The position numbers and the translations under genes are program-made. Below the pieces are notes generated by a model, which searched no databases, was not told the DNA's origin, and worked only from the letters and a program-made list of their open reading frames with translations. Shown here piece by piece: positions 55,524 through 64,000 of a stretch of 64,000 nucleotides of DNA. Positions within the stretch are counted from its first letter, which is position 1, and the number at the start of each line of letters is the position of its first letter. Source of the DNA: Octopus vulgaris. Lineage: Eukaryota. The DNA lies in NCBI GenBank assembly GCA_951406725.2, contig OX597827.1, positions 67,208,001 to 67,272,000 on the forward strand, in the 5' to 3' direction.

Positions 55524-55789
55524 ACATATACACACCTACGCACGCACATGAGAGAGATATACGCACAAATATATGAATGCACGCATATATGCGTATTTAT
55601 TCAGGTCAGTAAGCATAAATCTGTTTATATGTTTGTATACGCAATAGAACTGTATGTACATAATCATGCGTGTCGGAAGAAATATCTATTCATATAGAGA
55701 TAAATGGAAACGACTATTATTCGATCCTGTACACACACACACACACATCTATGTATACATATGTGTGTGTGTGTGTGTACGTACATATA

Positions 55790-55829
<40 letters not shown>

Positions 55830-55834
<5 letters not shown>

Positions 55835-55897
55835 TCCTATATATTATATGTATACATACATGTATATATATATATATACATACATACATACATTTAT

Positions 55898-55954
<57 letters not shown>

Positions 55955-56140
55955 CCTATATATTATATGTATACATACATGTGTATATATATATATATAT
56001 ATATATACATACATTTATACACACACACATATATATACATATATATATATATATTTAATCCTATATATTATACGTATACATACATGTATATATATATACA
56101 TACATACATTTATACACACACATTTATATATATATATATA
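55830..56140. repeat. Higher-order TA/CA repeat (3 units)
   Basis: TAATCCTATATATTATA..CATACATTTATACACACAC at ~55832, ~55951 and ~56056. Confidence 0.85.
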
Positions 56141-56830
56141 CTTATGTACATATACATATATATATATATATACATACATACATGCATACATACACATATA
56201 CATATATATATATGCATATATACATATATATGTATACATGCGTATATATATATGTGTGTGTGTGTACACACGCACAGTTTATTGTATTCTTTTTATGAGA
56301 AAACAAACATTCCCTATAGATTGATCGATTGGTACTATAAATCCAAAGATGCTGATAGGTAGAGACGCAGCTGGTGGATGTCGGAAACATATACATCATT
56401 TACAACTGTCATTGAAATATAAAATATGATTACGATAAATTATATTCACAAAACATAAGCGATACGAAAGAAGCAAATTGAAAATATACGTAACTGGAAG
56501 GGCATGGGATTGAGATTGGCGTAGTTAACAGCAGAGAAAAAAATACAATATAAAAATATAAAAAAGAAAGAATAATAAGAGAAGCTTTTTTTTTTCTTTA
56601 TTTTTTTTTTTTGTTCTGTAGGCAATGGTTAAATAATGTAGAACAGATGGTCGGGGCATATGAGGCAGCGCAATATAAAGTAACGTTTTGAAGATAGTAT
56701 AAAGTTTCTTAATCGTTAGTTGAAATACAATCCGATGAATCGTATGTACTTAGTGAAATAATAAATATACAAATGTTAAAAGTACTAAAATCATATATAA
56801 ATATATATATGTATAAATATAACTACATGT

Positions 56831-57030
56831 ATAACGGGAAGGTTTACGAAAATAAACAAAAGACGAAGGCAGGTGGAGTACAAACAAACAAATGTATTAG
56901 TATGGCGCTCAGGAATAGAAATAGAAAAAAGTCTTTTACGTTTCGAGCCTACGCTCTTCGACAGAAAGATACACAGAAAAAAAACAAGGAGAGAAAAAAA
57001 TGCGTGTAGGAGCTAACAATCTATCATGGC
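56831..57030 (-). mobile_element. Short non-coding hammerhead-variant element
   Basis: Homologous to 23312-23518, with an identical partial copy at 27070. Confidence 0.65.
56931..56970 (-). ncRNA. Minimal hammerhead variant (CUGUCGA core)
   Basis: TCTTT-CTGTCGA-A-GAGC(GTAG)GCTC-GAAAC-GTA-AAAGA. Confidence 0.65.
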
Positions 57031-57189
57031 GTTCGTATATGTGTATGTGTGTGCGTGTGTCTTATTTTAGTATACATTTGTGCATTTGTTTATACATATG
57101 TGTATACACATGTATACATACTTTTACTACACACAAACACACACATACATATATATTTACCTGAGTAAGCACATATATGTGAAACACTA

Positions 57190-57511
57190 TTGATACTTAT
57201 TTTATCGACCGTTGCGGCAGACGAAATACCGCTAGGAATTTCGTCCTGCGTGCTAAGGATTCTGCCAGCTCGCCACCTTTAAACGTAATTTTAATAATCC
57301 CCTCTGCTTAAGGTACAAGGCCTGAAATTTGTTGGGGAGGAGTAAATCGATCACATCAACTTCAGTACTGGACTAGTACTTAATTTATCGACCCCGAAAT
57401 GATAACAGGCAAAGTCGACCTCAGCGGAATTTGAACTCAGTAACTTGAGGCGGAAGAAATACCGCTAGGAATTTCGCCCGGCGTATTAACGATTCTGCCA
57501 GCTTACCACCT
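57190..57511 (-). mobile_element. Two adjacent SINE family B variant copies
   Basis: GACGAAATACCGCTAGG..CTGCCAGCTCGCCACC-type head occurs twice. Core TTTATCGACCCCGAAA. Confidence 0.75.
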
Positions 57512-57569
57512 CTTACGTAATTTCTATAATAGAACAAAATTCAGCTATGAGGAACGAATGTTTAAAGAA

Positions 57570-57862
57570 ATGTTGTTTGTTCCTTCTCGAGCCACGCCTG
57601 GCTCATAAGGGCCGGTTTCCAGGTTTCCTTGGCATATAGGTTCCCCACCTGGATGTGACACCAGTCCGTCGCAGGTGAGCTGTAAGAGGAAAGAGTGAGA
57701 GAAAGTTGTGGCGAAAGAGTCAGCAGAAGTTCGCCATTATCTTCTGTCGGAGCCGCGTGGAACTTAGTTGTTTCGCTCATAAACACACACATCATCCGGT
57801 CTGAGATTCGAACCTGCGATCCCTCGACCACGAGTCTGATGCTCCAACCACTAGGCAATGTG
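57570..57862 (-). mobile_element. tRNA-derived SINE with a Meta/V-like domain
   Basis: Head TTGCCTAGTGGTTGGAGC..GGTTCGAATC. CCTGCGACGGACTGGTGTCACATCCAGG resembles the MetaSINE/V-SINE domain. Confidence 0.7.
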
Positions 57863-59154
57863 TCTCCGTTTAAAGAAATATAAAAAACAGTAATTATTGA
57901 TGCAACTGATTTTGGCGTCGATGTAAGAAAATAACAGTGAATTAATAGAGTCGATATTCCCCAAATCTCATTTCTTCTGCTAACGTTAGAAATTCTGTTT
58001 TAGAAGCTAGCTATATGAAAGCACATAAATATTTCATCCATAGAAAGAAATCAGAAAATTTAGAGCAGATTGTCGCACATAACGAAATTTTATTCAGCTT
58101 GCTGGCTAATAGAAACATGGTGATCTCTTGATCATAGTTTTGCTGTATCAATAGCGGTGGCTTTTGTTTTAACATATGGTTGACAGTAAACATTTGCTAC
58201 TAACGAAATCTTAAAAGGCAGATTTGTTCATTTAGCAATTCTGCAAATACCACTAGACTATTTTCGTCTACTGCTGATATATTTTTTTGTTTGTTTTTAA
58301 CATTGCATCTATAAGAGATGCTATCTCGGAACAAATATCGTTTTCAATAACGATTTCAACGATGCATTTGCTGTAAGTACGATATAGTATAGAGATCGCT
58401 AGTTTGAACGAATATTGCTTCTTTCGCACAAATCAGTCATTGACATCAACATCAATTCCTCACTGTGAGGTGTTTAATGTATTGAACCAGTAACAGCAAG
58501 TGTGGCGGGATTTGAACTCAAAGCAAAGGAATCAAATTAAGTACCTGAAGGCATTTTTGTTCTTCGTTATATTTTTTTATAATCTATAAGCATGATTAGA
58601 CCGAATAATCATTTCATACTGTCGCTCAATACATGAAATATGGAAAAGGGCAAAACTCGATCATGTCGACTTCGGCATGGTTTGAACTGAGATTGTTAAC
58701 TGACGAAACTAAGCACTACGAAGATTTGCCCAATAATATCAAGTAGATAAAAGATACAAGCTCTGCAAATTGAGATCATCTTAGAGGTTGGTGACAAAAG
58801 ATCTGCAAAACACAAAATACATTATATTTAGTCGCTTCCTGTTATTGACTGAATTCAAATCCTGTCTACGTAAACCTGGAAATGGCGGAATTCCGCTTTA
58901 AGCACCGCACATAACTCTTCATAGCTTTGTTTCCTTATTTTCGAATTTTCTGGAAATTTTTGCGCATTTGTGTTCTACACTCGGTAATTCACATAACTAT
59001 GAAATCTGTTTTTATTTTCCGAATTTTTTTTTTCGATTTTGTTTTGTTTATTTTCGTTTTTCAATCACAGTTTAAAATCCTGCATTCATTAAGTTCCTCG
59101 TTCCCATAAATGTTCATATTTGAATCATTGACAAAAATCATGTCTATTGATATA

Positions 59155-59670
59155 TCGATAAACATACTCATTATCATACATTATTATTGTAGTTATTTAT
59201 CGACAATAACAAAAAGGCGTTTTATTCCCGATATACACTTTAAATAGGGACATACGCCAATATTTAAAAAAATATATATATTAATATCACCGGAAAAATG
59301 CATTTCTTATCAACATGCATTATCATAAACGTTATTCATATTCCAATGCAAAAAAGCATTTTCTTTTGATATCTATTTTCATTTGGGTTATACGCCAATG
59401 TTAAAAAAAAATCACCATATATATCAATACCAACGGAAAGATTCCTTATAAACATGCATTATTATAAACATTATTGATTCTCCTATGCAAAAGGCCAATT
59501 TCCTTTGATATCCACTTTATCAAGGGATATACTCCAATGTTAAAAAAATGAAGATTATTATATATCTTAATCTCACCTGAAAATTTCCTTATTAACTCGC
59601 ATTATCATAAACATTCTTCATTCTCAAGTGCGTGTGGCCACCGTCTTTTCATATCCACATTAATCAGGGA
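59155..59670. repeat. Diverged ~140-bp tandem repeat, ~3.5-4 copies
   Basis: AACATGCATTATCATAAAC-like motif at 59161, 59312, 59451 and 59594. ATACGCCAAT-like motif at ~59252, ~59390 and ~59529. Confidence 0.8.
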
Positions 59671-60180
59671 TCTGTGAGGTTTCCTTCACTTTCAAGATTG
59701 TAGAAACTAACTTCACCGAACTTTCCTTCATACCTTTTCTATACAAATCGAACGACATAACTTTTGGTCTGTCACTAGTTGCTTTTTTTTTTTATGTTTT
59801 AGTCACTCCAATGTCTTTCATTCGCCAATACATTATTTATTTATATATTTATTATCATACAAACCGTTTACTATCAATGGTTGTTCCTACAAATACCGGT
59901 TAGTCTTTCATCTTTAACTTACTTATTTACAAGCAAATATACCCAATTTCTCACCTATATCTCTTGTACGACATTCGTTTTCGCAGTCTCTTTCATTGGG
60001 GAAACATTATCGTTTATTTATATTACTTTTAGCCTGCAAAATATTTAGTATCAACCGCTTTCGTTCGTTATTCATACTGGTTATCTTTTGATCTCTATGT
60101 TATCTAGTAGGTCATCTGTTTATATATTCCGTCAATTCTGTACATCTGTGTAGGTATATGATCTTATACATACACACGCA

Positions 60181-60306
<126 letters not shown>

Positions 60307-60307
60307 C

Positions 60308-60519
<212 letters not shown>

Positions 60520-60521
60520 GC

Positions 60522-60553
<32 letters not shown>

Positions 60554-60609
60554 ATATATATATATTCATATATATATATATACCCACAGACACATCTATA
60601 TATATCTAG

Positions 60610-60644
<35 letters not shown>

Positions 60645-61352
60645 TAGAGATCTTTTTGAAAGGTCTGATTGGATTTATTTACTATCATTTTTATCGTTTT
60701 TTGTATGATTTTTTTTTTCGGCTGGTTGCAATACATAACACGGTTTCTTTTTGGTGTTTATGGTGCAAAAAAAAGTATCGATGGATTTGTTTGTCTGTAA
60801 TCTTGTTTCGTATTTTTGTACATTTATTGGTTACTTGGTTTTTATTTTTTATTATAATATATTTTTTTTTGCTTTCTCTTTTCGAAAATGTTGTTGTTGT
60901 TGTTGTTTTTAAATGTTCCGTTATTCTCACATTTGTTTGTGAACTTACAGCGAGTGAACGTTTGCTTACCACGTAGGTGTGTGATTACATATGAATAAAA
61001 TTTCATCACTATTCCTCTACCTCGTTCCCTTCCTTCCCGCTGCTCTTTCCTCTGCAGCATCAACATCATCATTGTCGCCATCATCATCACCATCATAGTC
61101 ATCACCATCATCATTATCATCATCACCATCGTCATCATCATCATCGTCATCATCAGTAAAGGCATTAGCATTATAATAGCCGTCCTCATCGTCGTCACCA
61201 CCTACATCGTCATCACTATCAAAATCCACTTCCTCCTCCTCCTCATCATCATCGTTATCATTCCCCCCACCTCTTCTCTTTTTCTCCCGTTTTTCCTTTA
61301 CGTCTTCCTCTTCCGAGATTGAATTTTTTTGTCATTAATTTAGGGTAGATTA

Positions 61353-61563
61353 AAGCGGCGAGTTGGCAGAATCGTTAGCACACCGGGCGATATGCTTAGC
61401 GGTATTTCGTCCCGTCGCTATGTTCTGAGCTCAAATTCCACCGAGGTCGACTTCGCCGTTCATCCCTTCGGAGTAAATAAATTAACTAGCAGTTGCGTAA
61501 TGGGGACAATCTAATCGACTGGACCCCTCCTCAAAAATTTCGGGCCTTGTGCCTAGAGTAGAA
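61353..61563 (+). mobile_element. SINE family B variant (alternative tail)
   Basis: GCGGCGAGTTGGCAGAATCGTTAGC..tail AAAATTTCGGGCCTTGTGCCTAGAGTAGAAA. Confidence 0.8.
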
Positions 61564-61565
61564 AA

Positions 61566-62624
61566 TGTTGCTTGGGAAAAGTTTGCTTCTCTTGTAAAAG
61601 ATATTTTGGGAAATGAAAAATCATGTAACTACGCTACGATTGTGAATGACTTTTTGAAAACTTATAACTTAGGGCAAGAATATCTCTGAAAACTCATTTT
61701 GTCCACTCTCATTTTCCCTTTTTTTCCACCCAATATGGGCGATGTAAGCAATGGTGAATGATTTCATCAAAAAATCAAAGAGCAATAGAAAGCCGCTACA
61801 GTGGCAGACTTACACCAAAACCTGCTGACGGACTACTGCTGGTTTTAAAAACGAGAAACGAACATGTAACATAAGCGTAAAAGAGCACGCCGAAGCTATT
61901 TTTGAAAGATATAAAATTAATAATATTCACCTTACACATTTTGTTTCGTGTTTTATTAGTTTCAGAGCTACTTGTCCACTTAGCTTTTATTGGTCTTATA
62001 CCAAACTAGCAGCATAGCCCGCCGTTGCCCGGGTATATAAGAGCACCTAGTAGGCAACGACTAATCCCAATCTAGTTCTTTCCCTCTAGGGAACGAAGGC
62101 GCATGTGTAGGTTGCAATGTCTTCTCTTCACTCGAATTCTTCTATGTATACGATGTTCCTAGCTGTCTCCCGACAGAAAATGTGTTGCATATAAAAAGCT
62201 TAGATTCTCGACCACATGTCGAATTTATCAATTTTTTTCAGAACTGGGGGAACTTTTCAAAATTTTCGCTGCGTTAGTTTTGAATTATGACATTGGGCTA
62301 TGTGTATGTCAAGTTTCATCAGAATCGGTTGAAAGTCGTGGTCAGGGTGAGGGTACAACCTGACAGCCACACAGACACACAGACAGACAAACTGCCGTTT
62401 ATATAGAGAGAGAAGAGATACCAGTAATTTACGCTTGATGTAACATTCATTTTATTTGTCATGAATTTTCACATTATTGTAATTTTGATACCAGTATAGT
62501 AATGATAGCGCAAAAACCTTACATGCTAGAGCAAAAATGATTGCCGATTCGGAATCAGCGCTCTCAAATTACCTATGAATACTATTTTGTGTAATAGAAG
62601 CAGGGGAAATTTTGTTGCCTAGTG
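61566..62624 (+). mobile_element. Chapaev3 (CMC) DNA transposon, 3' part (transposase relic plus terminus), interrupted by a Helitron
   Basis: AWEKF..LGNEKSCNY..SLK.H..HSH..FFPPNMGDVS..FHQ..ESRYSG..DYCWF, frameshifted. Terminus TTTTGTTGCCTAGTG|TAA (CACT- start on the other strand, TWA target). Family name from recalled motifs. Confidence 0.7.
62006..62418 (-). mobile_element. Non-autonomous Helitron (sister of 53842)
   Basis: Minus strand A|TC start, shared 5' ~210 bp, hairpin CCCGGGCAACGGCGGG, CTAG|T end. Confidence 0.85.
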
Positions 62625-62683
62625 TAATCCATTTATTTGTGTAATGTCTCAAGTCTTCAACACGTAAAGATTTACCAATATAA

Positions 62684-63026
62684 TGGAAGCACTCCGTCGG
62701 TTACGACGACGAGGGTTCCGGTTGATCCGAATCAACGGAACAGCCTGCTCGTGAAATTAACGTGTAAGTGGCTGAGCACTCCACAGACACGTGTACCCTT
62801 AACGTAGTTCTCGGGGATATTCAGCGTGACACAGAGAGTGACAAGGCTGGCCCTTTGAAATACATGTACAACAGAAACAGGAAGTAAGATTGAGAGAAAG
62901 TTGTGGTGAAAGAGTACAACAGGGATCACCACCATCCCCTGCCGGAACCTCGTGGAGCTTTCATACGACCGCAATCATACGACCGCGAGTCCGCTGCCCT
63001 AACCACTGGGCCATTGCGCCTCCACT
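62684..63026 (-). mobile_element. tRNA-derived SINE flanked by ~190-bp direct repeats
   Basis: Head GTGGAGGCGCAATGGCCCAGTGGTTAGG at 63025, tail ..CCGACGGAGTGCTTCCA. Direct repeats at 62491-62683 and 63027-63216. Confidence 0.85.
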
Positions 63027-63539
63027 CCAGTATAGTAATGATAGCGCAAAAACCTTACGTGCTAGAGCAAAAATGATTGCCGATTCGGAATCAGTGCTCT
63101 CAAATTACCTATGGGTACCATTTTGTGTAATAGAAGCAGAAATTTTGTTGCCTAGTGTAATCCATTTATTTGTGTAATGTCTCAAGTCTTCAACACGTAA
63201 AGATTTACCAATATAACTTGAACGGAGACGTATTAGAAATTTAAGACATACAAAAAAAATGCTATATTTTCAATTTTCGTTTATTTCCTGAAATGTCAAA
63301 TTCTCGTCCTTGTTGCTAACAGAATTTCACTCATTCTGATGAGAATACGTTACTGGAGAGATTTTGCAAGCCTCGAGGATTATTCTTCAGTATTCTCGTT
63401 TCTATAACGTTTCTATATTTTGTCGTTCTTTTCTTGATTTTCTTCTCAAATTGAAGCAAAATAATAACTCATTCAAACCACAGGACTAAGGAGACACAGA
63501 GAAAGAAAAAGTGAACAGAAATTGATAGAATGTTTACCC

Positions 63540-63646
<107 letters not shown>

Positions 63647-63685
63647 GTATATATATATGTATATATATATATATATATGTATATG

Positions 63686-63846
<161 letters not shown>

Positions 63847-64000
63847 TTATATAACGACTCGATTGTATGTGGTTTTCAGGAGATATGATAGAAATTTGTA
63901 AATGACGAAAAGTTTTGACAGCTCAAGGAATAGACGAAGAGTAAAATAAATGATTTTGTGTGTTCTTAAATAGGTAAAATGGCTATTCATTGATGTAAAT

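Overview
AT-rich, microsatellite-saturated eukaryotic DNA, with (TA)n, (CA)n, (GATA)n, (TACA)n, (AAT)n and (GAA)n tracts. It is intergenic or intronic: I recognise no host protein-coding exon. The SINE families and microsatellite load resemble an octopus (coleoid cephalopod) genome; this is an inference. Almost all ORFs in the track are simple-repeat artefacts. The real content is mobile DNA. (1) A young 5'-truncated Tx1/L1-clade LINE in (TATC)n with a 58-bp perfect palindrome at its 5' junction. (2) A 5'-truncated R4/Dong LINE in (AAT)n. (3) CR1, mariner, Tc1, maT-like and Chapaev3 relics, four non-autonomous Helitron-like elements and a MITE. (4) Many tRNA-derived SINEs of at least three modular families. 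The most notable signals are these. First, several short non-coding elements embedded in microsatellites carry minimal type I hammerhead ribozyme motifs (Penelope/retrozyme-like), with covariation between related copies. Second, a Nin/Deu-domain-like SINE has a 3' tail that aligns ungapped with the Tx1 LINE 3' end (candidate SINE/LINE pair), and one insertion of it is a head-to-tail trimer under a single TSD. Third, one SINE is flanked by a ~190-bp direct repeat. All alignments and folds were done by eye.
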